This document shows, one piece after another, positions 1 to 13,859 of a stretch of DNA of 64,000 bases. The position numbers and the translations under genes were made by a program. Each line of letters starts with the position of its first letter. Position 1 is the first letter of the stretch. This stretch comes from Guillardia theta CCMP2712 (lineage: Eukaryota; Protista; Cryptophyta). Below the pieces are notes generated by a model. The model worked only from the letters and a program-made list of their open reading frames with translations. It was not told the origin of the DNA and did no database searches. Location: positions 122,825 to 186,824 of the forward strand of contig NW_005434607.1 of the NCBI RefSeq assembly GCF_000315625.1. The letters are read 5' to 3'.

Positions 1-18
1 GATCGGACCAACGGTCAA

Positions 19-3000
19 ATGCAAGCTTATAAAGGCGTGGAGATCACCACCACGACGACAAGCCGTAAGATGGTACTTCAGTGCATGACAGGCGGTTACC
101 CCACAGCTCCCCCAGACACAAGGATTCTGTATTTCATCAAAGGAAATGGCACAATCAAGACTTTAAAAGACTTGGAAGAGAATGTTGACTTTGGTCTTTT
201 GTGTGCACCAACGTTGATAATGCTGGAGCAAATCCTTTCCAAAGTGTACCTGCCGATCCTAGAGAAAGACACAGCAGCTGCAGACAAATCTATGCATCAA
301 GACGTAGAAATGGAACTAATGCATAGTCTTCAGAAATTCTTATCACAAGTCAACCATGCTGTCTTACAGGTGGCAGGTGAAGTCAAACTGAATCTGCCGA
401 GCGTCAGCTTTGAAGATGAAGCATTGATAAGCAATAATCCTTCCCTTGTCGGCGATTTAGAATCGACTGTTATGGATTGGTCGAGTCAAATTCAAAAGCT
501 CGTTGAAGCAGAAATGGCAAAGGTTCCGGTAGGCAAGGGACCACTCGCTGAAGTTGAGTTCTGGAGGTCACGAAATGCATCACTTTCTACTTTATACGAG
601 CAACTGAACCTTCCGAATGTGAAGAAAGTGATTCAAATTCTTGAGAACATGAGCAATAGTTTCGAATCGGATGCATTTAGAGAATTCCAATTGCAATCTT
701 CCACGCTGTTGAAATTGCATGTAGAAGCAAAAGACAATGTCAAGTTCTTGTCAACACTTGAAAGACATTTCAAGAGTATTTCGCAAGGATCTCTGAATGA
801 AATAACAGATACAATTCCTCCGATGATGAATGCTATACGTATGGTATGGGTAATTTCTAGACATTACAACACGGACGAGCGTATGGTTCCTTTGATGGAA
901 AGGATTGCCTTCGAACTTGCCGAGAGGGTTGCCCAGGACCTTGATGTGAAGACTCTGTTCAGGATTGAACTGGCAGAAGCAAAAAAGATGATCGGAGATG
1001 CACAGAATGTCCTTGAAAAATGGAAAGAAGCTTATTTCAAAGTTCGACAAAAGATTGAAGAATCAGGCAGAGATCAGAGATGGGAATTTGATAGAAAACG
1101 GCTTTTTGACCGAACTGATTACATGGTCAGCTGTTGTAATGATATCCACGACGTTGCTTTAGTTTTGGAGCACTTCCACAACATCCTTGGGCCAGAGTTG
1201 AAAGCAGTGACTGGCGATTCAAAGGGAATCGATGATGTTCTTACTAGGGTGAATGCTCTCGTCTACCCGCTAGAGTCAGTTCCTTTCGATCTGTTTGACC
1301 GAAGATTTCAGTCAAGTTGGGAAGCAATCATGCATCGATTCAGAGAAGACGTCTCAAGAATCGAAGAGGAGACTAAAACTTTCATCAATGAGTCATTCAA
1401 GAAGCTTAGATCTGCTGAGGGTGCTTTTGATCTTCTACAAAAATTCAAACACATCAAGACTCGAGACTCAATCAACAAGCAGATGATGGACAAATTTTCT
1501 GATATCCTGGGTAGATACAAGGAAGAAGTTCATCTAGTGAAGGACCTTTTTCTATCTAGCAAATCCAATCCTCCAAAATTCAAAAACCAGCCACCGGTGG
1601 CAGGTGCAATTGCTTGGTCCAGGGCTTTGTTTTACAGAATTAAGAAATCAATTATAAGGTTTCAATCTTATGAAGATATGATGTCTGGAGAAGAAGGACA
1701 ATTGGTAACCAAATTTTACGTTGAGGTTGGAAGAATGATGAGATTGTACGAAAACGATCTAGTTGAAGGATGGAAATCTAAAGTTGAAGATGCTGTCATT
1801 CAGCATTTGAAAAGTTCAGTCCTTACGGAGGTCAATGGAAAAATTGTTGTTAATTTTGATCGGAGTCTTGTCACAATCATACAAGAGGCTAAGTATCTTG
1901 ACAGAATGGGTATAGCAGTACCGGAAAATGCATTGAATGTCGCACTCCAGGAAGAAAAGTATTATGAATATGTCGAAGCCTTGAAAATTATGCTGGATCA
2001 TTACCATCATGTTGTCAAGTCACTTTCACCTGCTGAGGAAGAACTGCTTCATGTACAGATACAAGATTTGGAGACGACCATACGATTTGGCTTTGATCCT
2101 CTCAACTGGAACTCGCTAGCCATCAAGGAGTATATGGAGCGATGTACCAAGCACATCAACGAGTTTTCTACTACGTTGAAACAGGTTCAAATGAGCGCTT
2201 CAAACATTGAATCTGTGGTGCTATCGATCATGAATGCACAGTTGGTTGATCCTGGGGAACTTGATGGCAAAAGCATAATGGATATGCAGGAATTTTATGA
2301 AAACGTGGAAAAGAATCGTAGTTCTACTGTTGAAACCATGGTGAAGAAATATCGAACAATTAAGGAACAAATGGGTAAAATTGAAGGTATTGTAGCCGGA
2401 AGTGGTACAAACAAATCACCTGCATTGAAAAGTTATTACAAACATTGGGAAAGTTTGATCTTCAAAGCCTTGACGCGGTGTGTGCACAGATCCTTGCATC
2501 AATTCTATGTGTTTTTGAACGTCAATCTCACATCCTTGGATGCAAGACATCCACCGATTTTTCGAGTAACAGCCAGTCTTGTTGCACCAGATATTGTTGT
2601 TTCTCCTGCTCTAACAGACATGCACAAGCTTTTCCAAAAGATGGTCAAAAACACGGTCGAGAGCACAAAGTCTTTTATTCGCTGGATGAAAGGAACCTGC
2701 ATCGAAACGCCACCACAATATTTTCATGGAGAAGAAGAAGAGCCTGTAATTTATTCATTCTACAGTGATATTTCTGCTGATCCTACTATCATCAAAATGA
2801 TGCTTACATTGAATCAGTCGGTACAAAAGGCATTTGCAAATTTGAAACGCTTTCTGGAAAAATGGAAGAGGTATTCGGGTTTATGGAAGCATGACAAAGC
2901 TGCTGTCTTGGAGAAGTTCATGAAATCCAACCCCACATTTGTTGACTACGAGGAGAAGTTATATTACTACAAGAAAGTGCGATCTCAAATCAAAGAAGAA

Positions 3001-6000
3001 AGGCCTGTGACAGATATTGACTTCATCCAAATTTCGTGCCACCCACTGATTTCAGACCTTGAAAGAGAGGCGAACTCTTGGATCATGACGATTGGCAAAA
3101 CGATGCATGAGACTGCCAAGCAAAATACATTGAGTCTAAATGAAGCGCTCACTTCTAAGCGAGCAAAACTAACGGAAGCTCCAGACAATCTTGAAACACT
3201 CAAAGACATCGTGAGATTGATTGGAGACATTCGAAATTTGACTCCAATCATGGAAGAAAAGTTTATGGAAGTTGAAGAGCAGTTTCGAACACTTGGTATG
3301 TTTGAGTATCCTTCAGAGGAATCAGTTCGAGAACTGGCTCGAAGTATTCGAAATTCATGGTATGACTTGTGTGAAGAATCGAAGGAAGTAGACTACAAGT
3401 TGAGATCCATCAAAAAGAATTTTTGTGAGGTTACTCAGAATCAAGTTGATGATCTAGTGCTTCAAACCAAGAAGTTGATGAAAGAATTCAAGGAAAATGG
3501 ACCTGACTCTCCAGATATCCACCTTGGCGATGCGTCATTGGATCAAGGTCTTGAACGCATGATATCCTACAAGGACAGGATTTCGGACGTTGGGAAGATG
3601 AAGGATGAGTTGACAGCTGCGCAGCTTTTGTTTGGACTTGAAGTCATGTCTTATCCGGAAATTGCAATGATGGAATCGAGTTTAAAGAGTCTGGATACCA
3701 TATACTCCAAATATGAGGAATTCCTCAGACAGACTCAAGAATGGTCTGGGACGTTGTTCTTCAAGGATCTGAACATTTCTAGTTTGACTGAAAGAATGGA
3801 GGAATTGATATCAAATCTCAAGAAGTTGCCAAAATTGACCCGCCAACTTGGAGTGTATGCAAAAGTCCTTGAAGCACTAGAAAAATTTGAATCAACTATC
3901 CCATTGCTTGTCAAATTGAAATCTGATTCATTGAGAGAACGGCATTGGCAAAAATTGATGAGTTTGACTGGAAAATCATATAATCTGGACCCCAACTCTT
4001 TCACGCTTGGTAAGCTTTTCGAAATGAATTTGGAACAATTCAGCGATCAAGTTAACGAAATTTGCAATGCTGCTTCGAAGGAGCTTGCGATAGAGAACGG
4101 CCTCAGCAAAATAAAGGACACCTGGGCAACACTTTCATTAGAATTGTTTCCTTATAGCAAGGGAGAGATCCCCCGCGGTTACATTCTAAAGGGGACAGAT
4201 GACATCATGAATGCGATCGATGAAAATATGACAGCACTTCAAGCCATGGGGAGCTCCAAGTTTGTGGTTCCATTTCTCGAAGAAGTAAAATCCTGGGAAA
4301 AAATTTTATCTACGATTGGTGAGTGTTGCGATATCTGGCTCATTGTTCAGAGAAAATGGCAGTATCTTGAAGGAATTTTCATAGGCTCAGATGATATCCG
4401 ACTGCAGCTGCCAGAAGCAGCAAAAGAATTCGATAAGCTTGACAAGACATGGATGAAAATCATGGATGACACCAAGAAAAACAGAAATGCGAAGACCGCA
4501 TGTACTGCCGAAGGTCGAGTGGATCAATTGACTGACATGTCATCTGCATTGGACAAGTGTCAGAAAAGCTTGACTGATTACTTAGAAACAAAAAGGAACT
4601 CATTTCCAAGATTTTTCTTCATATCTGATGATGAGCTGCTTAGTATACTGGGTACTTCAGATGTGACTTCAATCCAAGAACATATGTTGAAGTTGTTCGA
4701 CAATTGCAACGAGCTGATATTTGCACGAAACAACAAAATCGTGAAAGGAATGATATCTGCTGAGGGTGAAACCTTTGATTTTCGTACTGTCGTGCCTGTA
4801 GAAGGACCAGTAGAAAATTGGATGACGAATGTTGCATTGGAGATGAAAAAAACTCTTGCAGAAATCATGAAAGAATCTGTTTTTCACTATCCAAAGGTGG
4901 CTCGTTTGAAATGGATGGATGATTCTTTGGGAATGTGTTGCCAGACTGGTATCAAAATATGGTGGACTTGGGCGATTGAAGATGTTTTCAACAAGGTCAA
5001 AAATGGCGACAAAAATGCCATGAAATCTTACGCACATAAATTGAAAGATGAAGTGAATGATCTGGTGAGAGAAGTTCGAAAAGACTTGCACAAGCTGATG
5101 AGGAAGAAAGTTAATACTCAAATTATTGTTGATGTCCACGCCAGAGATGTCGTTGATCGATTTATTCGTGACAGCATAATGGATATCAGAGAATTTGCGT
5201 GGGAAAGCCAGCTTCGTTTCTACTGGGAGAGAGTGAGAGACAATTGTGTTGTCCGTCAATGTACAGCAGAAATTCTCTATGGCTATGAATACATGGGACT
5301 GAATGGAAGGCTGGTCATTACGCCATTAACGGATCGTTGTTATATGACGATCACAACTGCAATAAGCTTTCGATTAGGGGCTGCACCAGCTGGTCCAGCT
5401 GGGACAGGAAAAACGGAAACAACGAAGGACTTGGCAAAAGCTTTGGGTACCCAATGTGTTGTTTTTAATTGTGGAGAAGGTTTGGATTACCAGGCCATGG
5501 GAACAATATTTTCTGGTTTGTGCCAATGCGGAGCATGGGGTTGCTTTGACGAATTCAATAGAATCAATCTAGAGGTTCTATCAGTTGTTTCAGCGCAGCT
5601 AAAGACAGTGTTCAATGCCCTCAGTGGTGAATTGAAAAGATTCCAATTTGAAGGAAGGGAGATTTCGTTGATATCCACATGTGGATTTTTCATTACGATG
5701 AATCCTGGATATGCAGGAAGAGTGGAGCTGCCAGACAATCTCAAAGCCATGTTTCGCCCAGTAACGATGATAGTTCCAAACCTACAGCAGATCTGCGAAA
5801 TTATGCTATATTCAGAAGGTTTTGAGACAGCAAGAGTGCTTGCTCGCAAGATGGTAGTACTGTACAAACTTGCTAAAGAGCAATGTTCGAAACAGCCACA
5901 TTACGATTTTGGCTTGCGAGCACTCAAATCAGTGCTTGTTATGGCCGGTGGCTTAAAGCGAGATCCACAAAATTCAAGTCTTGGTGAAGATATGGTTTTG

Positions 6001-9000
6001 ATGCGTGCATTGCGTGACATGAATGTGCCAAAATTTATTTTTGAAGATGTTCCGCTCTTCTTGGGCCTGATTAACGACTTGTTTCCTGGTTTAGAATGTC
6101 CAAGAGTTCAACAACCTGCTTTGAAGACAGCAATACAGCAAAAACTCGAAGAAGGTGGATACAAAGTATTCTATGAGCAAATTGACAAGACCATTCAGCT
6201 TTACGAAACGATGTTGACACGACACACAACGATGGTCGTAGGTCCCACTGGCGGAGGAAAAACTGTTGTTTTAGTCACCTTACAGAAGGCACAAACAGAT
6301 TTGGGTTGGCCAACAAAGCTATTTGTTCTGAATGCCAAGGCTCAAACAGTGAACGAGCTTTACGGTGTTCTGGACCCCGTCACTCGCGAGTGGGCAGATG
6401 GTCTCCTCTCAAATATATTCCGTGATGTGAACAAACCTCTACCACCAGGAAAAGAGAATGAGAGGAGATATATCGTATTTGATTCGGATGTGGATGCTGT
6501 TTGGGTGGAGAACATGAATTCTGTAATGGATGATAACAAGTTGTTGACATTGCCAAATGGTGAAAGAATCAGAGTTGCAGATCACTGCAAACTGCTATTT
6601 GAAGTAGGAAATCTGATTTACGCTTCACCTGCGACTGTAAGTAGGTGTGGGATTGTATTTGTTGATCCGAAGAATTTAGGATTCGAGCCGTATGTGTGGA
6701 AGTGGCTCAATGAGAGGTCTGACATGACTCAGGCTACGAATTTGAAGCCAATATTGTCAAAATACCTCATGAAGTGCATAAGCTTTGTGGTCGATGGGCT
6801 CATGCCTGATAATGAATTCGCCCCAAAGCCAGATGCAATTGTCAACTCAACTGACTTAAATTATGCCACACAATTCTGCGCAATGCTGGGTGCCATGTTA
6901 GATGGAGAGAACGAAATCAATGATTCCGGGATTTTGGAATCGATTGTTATTTTCTGCTTATGTTGGTCTGTTGGGGCCTCAATCCTCGAAAATTGCCGGG
7001 AAAGATTCGATAAGATCGTAAAAGAAATATCAGGAATGCCTGTTTCAAGCAGCAAAAGTGTTGGGATTGGTTCTTTGCCAGGTTCTTTACCAACTTTGTA
7101 TCATTTCTACTTCGATTCAAACTTGAGCAGATGGATTCCGTGGCAAGAAAATGTTACTGAATACCAGCATGTTCCTGGAATGCCATTTTCAAACATAATC
7201 GTCCCAACTATAGATACAGTTACATACACCTACCACCTGGAATGGAATGTCAAAATATTCCGTCCCGTAATGTACTGTGGTGCCGTGGGTACCGCCAAAA
7301 CTGTTACCATTCAAAATTTTTTGAAAAATCTATCCACCGATCAATATTCCAACATAGGAATAAATTTCTCTTCTAGGACAACTAGTATTGCATTGCAGCG
7401 CAACATTGAAGCATCGCTGGAAAAGAGAATGAAAGATACGTATGGTCCGTCAGGTGGCAAAAAGCTTTTGATATTCATAGATGATATGAATATGCCAAAA
7501 ATGGACTTATACGGAACACAACAGCCGATAGCACTACTGAAGTTGTTGATTGGAAGGGGAGGGCTGTATGAAAGAGGAGAGAACTTCAAGTCTGGAGAAG
7601 GAACAAACTGGAAGAATATCAAAGATTGCTGTTACTTAGGGGCTATGGGCCCTCCTGGAGGAGCCAGAAGCTCCCTGGATCCTAGGTTTACTTCAATGTT
7701 CAGCGTTTTCAACATTCCATTCCCATCCAAGACCTCACTGACAACCATCTTCGAGTCGATGTTGAAGAAGCATCTGGAAGGGTTCCCACCACAAATTCAG
7801 CAAGCCTCTCAAAAATTGACAGATTTGACTCTTTCTCTCTATGACCTCATTGCTGTCAATCTGCCTCCAACGCCCAGCAAATTTCATTACCTTTTCAATC
7901 TACGTGATCTAGGCAGGGTTTACCAGGGACTCTTGCAAATGACACCGGACAAGTTTGACTCAGTTGCAAGTGTAGTTCGAGTATGGAGAAATGAATGTCT
8001 TCGAGTATTTCATGACAGACTGGTTTCAGATGATGATAGAGAGTATGTTCAAGGTCTCATACAGAACCTCGTCAAATCTGCGTACAATAGTGATGCAGAC
8101 TACATCTTGGAGAATCCTATTCTTTTTGGAGATTTCAAAAATCTTTTCCTGGATACAGATGATGACGCAAACGACTCTAAAATGGAAGAGTTTGCACCAA
8201 GATTATACGAAGACATGATTTCATACGATGTTGTTAAGGATTGCTTTGAACGAATCCTACAAAATTACAACCAAAAACAGAAAAAGATGAATCTTGTTCT
8301 GTTTGACAATGCTTTGGAGCACTTGGTGAGGCTACAGAGAGTTCTTGAAATGCCACGTGGAAATCTGCTTCTGGTGGGTGTCGGTGGAAGCGGAAAACAA
8401 AGTTTGACTCGACTTTCATCGTTTGCGGCAGATTGTGGACTCTTCGAAATTACTCTGTCCAGAGGATACAATGAGAGCTCGTTCAAAGAGGATTTGAAGC
8501 GACTCTATGGAATACTAGGCCAACAAAATCAGAAAACAGTGTTTCTTTTCACCGATGCACATGTTGTTGAAGAGGGATTCCTGGAATGGATAAACAATAT
8601 GCTGGCTTCTGGAATGGTTCCCGGGCTTTTTGCTGAAGATGAGAAAGATGTTTTGGTCGCAAGTGTAAGAGAAGCAGTTGCTCAACAAGGAATTGTTGAG
8701 ACAAAAGAGAACTGTATGAACTTCTTCATAGACAGATGTCGTGATAATCTTCATATTGTTTTAGCAATGTCGCCCATTGGAGAAAATCTACGCACGAGAT
8801 GCAGAAACTTTCCTGGCATGGTCAACAATACCACGATAGACTGGTTCACACCCTGGCCTGAAGATGCTCTTCTTTCCGTTGCAGGCCGATTCCTGTCCTC
8901 AGAAAAGTTGGATGACAATTTAAGGCCGAAGATAATAGAGCACTTCAAAAATGTCCATGAATCCGTCAGGCAAAAGAGCGCTGAATATCTTTCTAGTGTA

Positions 9001-12000
9001 AGAAGATATAACTATGTCTCCCCGAAAAACTTTTTGGACTTCATTTCCAACTATAAGCAGCAATTGAATAGCAAAAGAGATGAAAATGAGGAAATGATAA
9101 AGCGACTCGATGGAGGACTATCCAAACTTGTGCAAGCTGCAGATGAGGTTGCAAAGTTGCAGCAAGAACTTGCAGAAAAGACTGTGATCGTGGAATCAAA
9201 GTCCAAGGAGGTAGAAGAAATGTTAGTTGAAATTGAAGCAAATACTGCGGATGCGGTGGCAAAACAAGAGTTTGCCACGGCGAAGGAGAAAGAGCTTGAT
9301 ATTATGAAACAGAAGATTGCCGAACAAAAAGAAGATGCAGAAAGTCAGCTTGCATATGCCATGCCAGCGCTTCAAGAGGCTGCTGAAGCGCTGAACAATT
9401 TAAGAAAAGATGATATCACTGAGATTCGATCTTTTGCTAAGCCTGCCCCGCTTGTTGCGGCAGTTTGCGAATGTGTTTGCATTTTCAAGAAAGTAGAAGA
9501 CATCTCGTGGAAGGGTGCTAAAGCTATGATGTCAGACACTGGATTTCTTGCCTCATTGGTGAATTTCAACAAAGACGGACTGACATCAAAGCAAGTGAAT
9601 CGAGTCAAATCATACTACAAAGATCCAAAATTCAATCCCCAGGATCTGAAATCCATCTCAATAGCGGCTGCTGGACTGTTGCAGTGGGTCTCTGCAATGG
9701 TAAATTACTACGATGTGTCGTCAAGGATTGAACCAATGCGTGCTGCAGTACGACAAGCGGAGATGGATCAACAGAAGAATGAGAAAGATCTTTCAAAGCT
9801 TAAAAAGGAGCTGGCAGAAATAAGCCACACATTGGAAGTTCTTCGAAATGACCTTGAGCAACGGACAGCAGAAAAAGAAGCATTGAAGAATGAAGCTGAC
9901 AAAATGGCTGCATTGTTGTCTGTAGCTGAGCGCTTAATTTCAGGATTATCGAGTGAGAGAGAACGTTGGAATGAAGATATCAAATCCTTGGGTGAAGAAA
10001 GGGCAAAAATTGATGGAGATTGTTTGTTAAGTTCTGCTTTCTTGAGCTACATGGGAGCATTCGACTTCTCGTTCAGATCATCCATTCTGAACCAGACTTG
10101 GATGCTTGACATTACTGATAAGCAGATACCACTTTCTCAGCCGTTCCTGCTGCAGAAAATGCTAACCAGTGACGTCGAGTTGAGCAAATGGGAGGGTGAA
10201 GGATTGCCGTCGGATGAGTTGTCAGTTCAGAACGGTATTCTGACAACCAGAGCAAGTCGATGGCCTCTGTGTATCGATCCGCAAATGCAGGCCGTCACGT
10301 GGATCAAGAAGAAGGAAGGAAAGGAATTGGAGGGCCGAACGAAATCCTTCAATGATAATGATTTCCTAAAGATTCTGGAAATGTGCGTCAATTACGGATT
10401 TCCATTTCTCTTTGAAAATATCGATGAATACATCGATCCAGTAATCTCTCCTGTGCTTGACAAGGATATCAAGAATGTGGGAGGAAGAAGCTTTGTAAAG
10501 CTCGGCGACAAAGAAGTGGATTGGGATTCAAACTTTCGGCTTTACTTCACAACAAAACTTTCGAATCCGCATTACAGCCCAGAAATTTTTGGACAAACGA
10601 TGATCATCAACTACAGCGTTACTCAGAAAGGGTTGGCAGATCAGCTCTTGAACGTGGTAGTCAAACACGAGAGGCCTGATCTTGAGGAATTGCGTGAAAA
10701 TCTAGTTCAAGAGCTAAGTGAAAACAAAATTCTTTTGAAGAAATGTGAGGACACATTGCTTCGAGAGCTTGCTTATGCGACGGGAAATTTGCTGGAAAAT
10801 GAAGATTTGGTGCTAACCCTAGAAAAGACCAAGGCTACCGCCGTTGAAATTGCATCCAAAATACAAATTGCAAATCAGACGGCAACTGAAATTGAAAGAA
10901 CTCGTGAAGGTTACATGCCCATTGCAATCAGAGGATCAGTATTGTACTTTGCCATGGCAGGGTTGTCGGTACTCAACATGATGTATGAGTATGCTCTATC
11001 TGCCTTCTTGCAAGTTTTCAATCTTTCTTTGGAGCGATCAAAGAAAGATGCTAGTTTGGAAGGGAGAGTCTTGAATGTGATGGAGCATTTGACCCTTAGT
11101 TGCTACAACTATACCTGTATGGGACTCTTCGAACGGCACAAGTTGTTGTTCTCCTTCCAGATGACGTGCATGATTCTGAAAGAGAGAAATGATATTGATC
11201 TAGAACTTCTTGATTTCTTCATCAAGGGTAACTTGGAAATCGGAGGAAAAGAAACTCCACCGTACGAATGGATTTCAGAAGCTGGTTGGCATGATCTCAG
11301 CCGTCTTCATCATAATTCAGCCTTTGAAAACCTAATTCAAGATATTCAGCAGAACGAACCAACATGGAAAGAATGGTATGACTTGGAGGCTCTCGAGCGT
11401 GTTTCGATTCCTATGGGTTACTCTGACAGTCTTGATTCCTTCCAGAAGCTCTGTCTCCTGCGATGTTTTCGGCCAGATCGTGTAACAGCAGCCACCCAAA
11501 TTTTCATAATAGAGAAAATGAGTGACAAGTACGTACAACCTCCAGTGTTGAATTATATGAAAGTATTTGAGCAAAGCTCTCCACACATTCCGGTTTTGTT
11601 CATCCTTAGCCCAGGAGCAGATCCAGCCTTTGATGTTTTCAATCTTGCCGACAAACTTGGGTTTGGTGGCCCAAAAATGAAATTCATTGCATTGGGCCAA
11701 GGGCAAGGAAAAGCTGCTGGTCAAATGCTTGAAACAGGGGCCTCAAGAGGACAATGGGTAATGCTTTTGAACTGCCATCTCCTATCGAGTTGGTTGAAGA
11801 CATTAGAAAAGATCTTGGAACACAACACAAAACCTCATGCTGACTTCAGACTTTGGATGACGACGGATCCGACGGACGCTTTTCCCTTGGGTATCTTGCA
11901 GAAATGCCTCAAAGTCGTGACAGAACCGCCGAATGGGTTGAAACTCAACATGCGTGCAAGTTTCTCAAAGATTAGTGATGAATCTCTGGAGGCTTGTCCA

Positions 12001-13386
12001 CATTATGCTTTCAAGCCCCTCGTGTATGTATTGGCCTTTTTTCACGCTGTAGTGCAAGAAAGGAGGAAATACGGCAAGGTCGGATGGAACGTTGGCTACG
12101 ACTTCAACGAATCTGATTTTCGAATTTCCATGCAATTGATGGAGTATTATCTTACAAAGACACACGAAGAGAAGCAGGAAGCTACTCCATGGGGAAGCCT
12201 GCGGTACTTGATAGGAGACGCCATGTACGGCGGGAGAGTCACATGCGATTTTGATAGACGCGTCCTAACAACTTACATCCACGAGTACATGGGTGACTTC
12301 TTGTTTGACGCCTTCCAACCTTTTCATTTCTTCAAGAACAAGGATTATGACTACTCCCTTCCAGAGAAGGCCTCCCTCTCGACATGCATGGAAATGATTG
12401 AACAACTCCCTTTGGTGACCAGTCCAGAAGTTTTCGGACTTCATCCAAACGCTGAGATTAGTTATATGACATCTGCAACTAAAGAACTCTGGACCGGGAT
12501 GGTACAAATGCAACCAAGAGGGGGCGGAGGAGGTGGAGTCAGCAGTGAGGACATGATATCACGAGTAGCTCGTGACATTCAATCTGACATTCCTGTTGAG
12601 TATGACGTGCCAGTCCTCAGGCGGCATATGGCGAATGAGAATGGCACGCTAACTCCACTCCAGGTTGTTCTCCTACAGGAACTCGACCATTGGAATGCTC
12701 TGAATAACTATATGAGAACAAGTCTGAACGATCTTCAACGAGCCTTAAAAGGAGAGCTTGGAATGAGCGCTGAACTTGACAGTATCGGACAAGCGCTTCT
12801 CAACGGAGTTCTCCCAACACAGTGGTTGAAACGCACTCCAGACACCAGGAAAGGCCTGGCAAATTGGATCAAGTATTGGAATCGAAGACAAGAGCAATTT
12901 TCTAGGTGGGTGGAAGAGGGAGAGCTGAAGGTTATCTGGCTCTCTGGTCTGTCGATTCCCGAGACGTATCTTGCAGCTGTTGTTCAGACAACCTGCAGGC
13001 GTAAGAGATGGCCGCTAGATAAATCGACCCTTTACACCAAGGTCACCAAATTCCGCCATGAAGAAGAGATCAGTGAGAAGCTACTGGACGGATGCTACGT
13101 TTCCGGTACATACATTGAAGGGGCAGCCTGGGACATTGAAAAGGGTTTGCTGGTGAAGCAAAATCCCAAAGTGTTGATTCAAGAAATGCCAATCATTCAA
13201 GTGATTCCGGTCGAGGCTCACAGGCTCAAGCTGAGCAACACCTTTCGAGCTCCCGTGTATGTCACATCAGCCAGGAAAAATGCGGCAGGTGTAGGGCTAG
13301 TCTTTGAAGCAGATCTTGATACTGGAGAGCATCCAAGTCATTGGACCTTACAAGGAGCTGCCCTAGTGCTCAACAGCGATGATTGA
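19..13386 (+). CDS. DNAH10: Axonemal inner-arm dynein heavy chain, I1/f alpha type (DNAH10 / Chlamydomonas DHC1-like); probably 5'-incomplete
   Basis: 4455-aa ORF with tail, linker, AAA1-4 P-loops (GPAGTGKT ~5392, GPTGGGKT ~6241, GAVGTAKT ~7279, GVGGSGKQ ~8377), coiled-coil stalk/MTBD, AAA5-6 and C-terminal domain. The tail motif [21 protein letters not shown] is characteristic of DNAH10. The frame is open back to position 1. Confidence 0.93.
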   Translation: MQAYKGVEITTTTTSRKMVLQCMTGGYPTAPPDTRILYFIKGNGTIKTLKDLEENVDFGLLCAPTLIMLEQILSKVYLPILEKDTAAADKSMHQDVEMELMHSLQKFLSQVNHAVLQVAGEVKLNLPSVSFEDEALISNNPSLVGDLESTVMDWSSQIQKLVEAEMAKVPVGKGPLAEVEFWRSRNASLSTLYEQLNLPNVKKVIQILENMSNSFESDAFREFQLQSSTLLKLHVEAKDNVKFLSTLERHFKSISQGSLNEITDTIPPMMNAIRMVWVISRHYNTDERMVPLMERIAFELAERVAQDLDVKTLFRIELAEAKKMIGDAQNVLEKWKEAYFKVRQKIEESGRDQRWEFDRKRLFDRTDYMVSCCNDIHDVALVLEHFHNILGPELKAVTGDSKGIDDVLTRVNALVYPLESVPFDLFDRRFQSSWEAIMHRFREDVSRIEEETKTFINESFKKLRSAEGAFDLLQKFKHIKTRDSINKQMMDKFSDILGRYKEEVHLVKDLFLSSKSNPPKFKNQPPVAGAIAWSRALFYRIKKSIIRFQSYEDMMSGEEGQLVTKFYVEVGRMMRLYENDLVEGWKSKVEDAVIQHLKSSVLTEVNGKIVVNFDRSLVTIIQEAKYLDRMGIAVPENALNVALQEEKYYEYVEALKIMLDHYHHVVKSLSPAEEELLHVQIQDLETTIRFGFDPLNWNSLAIKEYMERCTKHINEFSTTLKQVQMSASNIESVVLSIMNAQLVDPGELDGKSIMDMQEFYENVEKNRSSTVETMVKKYRTIKEQMGKIEGIVAGSGTNKSPALKSYYKHWESLIFKALTRCVHRSLHQFYVFLNVNLTSLDARHPPIFRVTASLVAPDIVVSPALTDMHKLFQKMVKNTVESTKSFIRWMKGTCIETPPQYFHGEEEEPVIYSFYSDISADPTIIKMMLTLNQSVQKAFANLKRFLEKWKRYSGLWKHDKAAVLEKFMKSNPTFVDYEEKLYYYKKVRSQIKEERPVTDIDFIQISCHPLISDLEREANSWIMTIGKTMHETAKQNTLSLNEALTSKRAKLTEAPDNLETLKDIVRLIGDIRNLTPIMEEKFMEVEEQFRTLGMFEYPSEESVRELARSIRNSWYDLCEESKEVDYKLRSIKKNFCEVTQNQVDDLVLQTKKLMKEFKENGPDSPDIHLGDASLDQGLERMISYKDRISDVGKMKDELTAAQLLFGLEVMSYPEIAMMESSLKSLDTIYSKYEEFLRQTQEWSGTLFFKDLNISSLTERMEELISNLKKLPKLTRQLGVYAKVLEALEKFESTIPLLVKLKSDSLRERHWQKLMSLTGKSYNLDPNSFTLGKLFEMNLEQFSDQVNEICNAASKELAIENGLSKIKDTWATLSLELFPYSKGEIPRGYILKGTDDIMNAIDENMTALQAMGSSKFVVPFLEEVKSWEKILSTIGECCDIWLIVQRKWQYLEGIFIGSDDIRLQLPEAAKEFDKLDKTWMKIMDDTKKNRNAKTACTAEGRVDQLTDMSSALDKCQKSLTDYLETKRNSFPRFFFISDDELLSILGTSDVTSIQEHMLKLFDNCNELIFARNNKIVKGMISAEGETFDFRTVVPVEGPVENWMTNVALEMKKTLAEIMKESVFHYPKVARLKWMDDSLGMCCQTGIKIWWTWAIEDVFNKVKNGDKNAMKSYAHKLKDEVNDLVREVRKDLHKLMRKKVNTQIIVDVHARDVVDRFIRDSIMDIREFAWESQLRFYWERVRDNCVVRQCTAEILYGYEYMGLNGRLVITPLTDRCYMTITTAISFRLGAAPAGPAGTGKTETTKDLAKALGTQCVVFNCGEGLDYQAMGTIFSGLCQCGAWGCFDEFNRINLEVLSVVSAQLKTVFNALSGELKRFQFEGREISLISTCGFFITMNPGYAGRVELPDNLKAMFRPVTMIVPNLQQICEIMLYSEGFETARVLARKMVVLYKLAKEQCSKQPHYDFGLRALKSVLVMAGGLKRDPQNSSLGEDMVLMRALRDMNVPKFIFEDVPLFLGLINDLFPGLECPRVQQPALKTAIQQKLEEGGYKVFYEQIDKTIQLYETMLTRHTTMVVGPTGGGKTVVLVTLQKAQTDLGWPTKLFVLNAKAQTVNELYGVLDPVTREWADGLLSNIFRDVNKPLPPGKENERRYIVFDSDVDAVWVENMNSVMDDNKLLTLPNGERIRVADHCKLLFEVGNLIYASPATVSRCGIVFVDPKNLGFEPYVWKWLNERSDMTQATNLKPILSKYLMKCISFVVDGLMPDNEFAPKPDAIVNSTDLNYATQFCAMLGAMLDGENEINDSGILESIVIFCLCWSVGASILENCRERFDKIVKEISGMPVSSSKSVGIGSLPGSLPTLYHFYFDSNLSRWIPWQENVTEYQHVPGMPFSNIIVPTIDTVTYTYHLEWNVKIFRPVMYCGAVGTAKTVTIQNFLKNLSTDQYSNIGINFSSRTTSIALQRNIEASLEKRMKDTYGPSGGKKLLIFIDDMNMPKMDLYGTQQPIALLKLLIGRGGLYERGENFKSGEGTNWKNIKDCCYLGAMGPPGGARSSLDPRFTSMFSVFNIPFPSKTSLTTIFESMLKKHLEGFPPQIQQASQKLTDLTLSLYDLIAVNLPPTPSKFHYLFNLRDLGRVYQGLLQMTPDKFDSVASVVRVWRNECLRVFHDRLVSDDDREYVQGLIQNLVKSAYNSDADYILENPILFGDFKNLFLDTDDDANDSKMEEFAPRLYEDMISYDVVKDCFERILQNYNQKQKKMNLVLFDNALEHLVRLQRVLEMPRGNLLLVGVGGSGKQSLTRLSSFAADCGLFEITLSRGYNESSFKEDLKRLYGILGQQNQKTVFLFTDAHVVEEGFLEWINNMLASGMVPGLFAEDEKDVLVASVREAVAQQGIVETKENCMNFFIDRCRDNLHIVLAMSPIGENLRTRCRNFPGMVNNTTIDWFTPWPEDALLSVAGRFLSSEKLDDNLRPKIIEHFKNVHESVRQKSAEYLSSVRRYNYVSPKNFLDFISNYKQQLNSKRDENEEMIKRLDGGLSKLVQAADEVAKLQQELAEKTVIVESKSKEVEEMLVEIEANTADAVAKQEFATAKEKELDIMKQKIAEQKEDAESQLAYAMPALQEAAEALNNLRKDDITEIRSFAKPAPLVAAVCECVCIFKKVEDISWKGAKAMMSDTGFLASLVNFNKDGLTSKQVNRVKSYYKDPKFNPQDLKSISIAAAGLLQWVSAMVNYYDVSSRIEPMRAAVRQAEMDQQKNEKDLSKLKKELAEISHTLEVLRNDLEQRTAEKEALKNEADKMAALLSVAERLISGLSSERERWNEDIKSLGEERAKIDGDCLLSSAFLSYMGAFDFSFRSSILNQTWMLDITDKQIPLSQPFLLQKMLTSDVELSKWEGEGLPSDELSVQNGILTTRASRWPLCIDPQMQAVTWIKKKEGKELEGRTKSFNDNDFLKILEMCVNYGFPFLFENIDEYIDPVISPVLDKDIKNVGGRSFVKLGDKEVDWDSNFRLYFTTKLSNPHYSPEIFGQTMIINYSVTQKGLADQLLNVVVKHERPDLEELRENLVQELSENKILLKKCEDTLLRELAYATGNLLENEDLVLTLEKTKATAVEIASKIQIANQTATEIERTREGYMPIAIRGSVLYFAMAGLSVLNMMYEYALSAFLQVFNLSLERSKKDASLEGRVLNVMEHLTLSCYNYTCMGLFERHKLLFSFQMTCMILKERNDIDLELLDFFIKGNLEIGGKETPPYEWISEAGWHDLSRLHHNSAFENLIQDIQQNEPTWKEWYDLEALERVSIPMGYSDSLDSFQKLCLLRCFRPDRVTAATQIFIIEKMSDKYVQPPVLNYMKVFEQSSPHIPVLFILSPGADPAFDVFNLADKLGFGGPKMKFIALGQGQGKAAGQMLETGASRGQWVMLLNCHLLSSWLKTLEKILEHNTKPHADFRLWMTTDPTDAFPLGILQKCLKVVTEPPNGLKLNMRASFSKISDESLEACPHYAFKPLVYVLAFFHAVVQERRKYGKVGWNVGYDFNESDFRISMQLMEYYLTKTHEEKQEATPWGSLRYLIGDAMYGGRVTCDFDRRVLTTYIHEYMGDFLFDAFQPFHFFKNKDYDYSLPEKASLSTCMEMIEQLPLVTSPEVFGLHPNAEISYMTSATKELWTGMVQMQPRGGGGGGVSSEDMISRVARDIQSDIPVEYDVPVLRRHMANENGTLTPLQVVLLQELDHWNALNNYMRTSLNDLQRALKGELGMSAELDSIGQALLNGVLPTQWLKRTPDTRKGLANWIKYWNRRQEQFSRWVEEGELKVIWLSGLSIPETYLAAVVQTTCRRKRWPLDKSTLYTKVTKFRHEEEISEKLLDGCYVSGTYIEGAAWDIEKGLLVKQNPKVLIQEMPIIQVIPVEAHRLKLSNTFRAPVYVTSARKNAAGVGLVFEADLDTGEHPSHWTLQGAALVLNSDD

Positions 13387-13859
13387 ACATCGTGCCGTGC
13401 GCACGAACAAGAAGTCGAAAATTCCACTCCAAATTTTTCGACTGATCGGGAACTCCAAGATTGATATTTCCTCCTGCAAGAGTATTTTTGTACTGTTCTT
13501 CCAATGATTGCTTAGCAGTCTTCGTCGCGTAATTTAGACTTTTCTTGTCCACAAAACCTCTTTTAGTAAAGATTTGTTTTTGTTTTCGAGTTCGATAGCA
13601 GCGAATAATTATTCCCTTAATCGGATCCAATAACCATGAAGCGCACTCCGCCTTACGACAATCAACAATCTTCAATCAACGTCACAAGGTGAAAGAGGCG
13701 GGAAGGCAAGAGAAAAGCAACACCTCTCTATCTTAAATCCATCTATTTCTAAAACTAGCTTTTAGCTGTCAAGGGAAAACGAACGTGATGACCTTGTCGC
13801 TATTCTGTCGCTCCAAAACCTCTGTGCTCTCACGAAGAATTCTTTCATGATCACATCAA

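Noticed and set aside
96-12513. Many short ORFs antisense or out of frame within the dynein gene (likewise within the LRR and membrane protein genes)
   Set aside because: Shadow ORFs of long coding exons, with no motifs of their own.
13370-13675. 101-aa minus-strand ORF overlapping the dynein stop
   Set aside because: Non-ATG start and no recognisable motif; cannot be supported as a gene.
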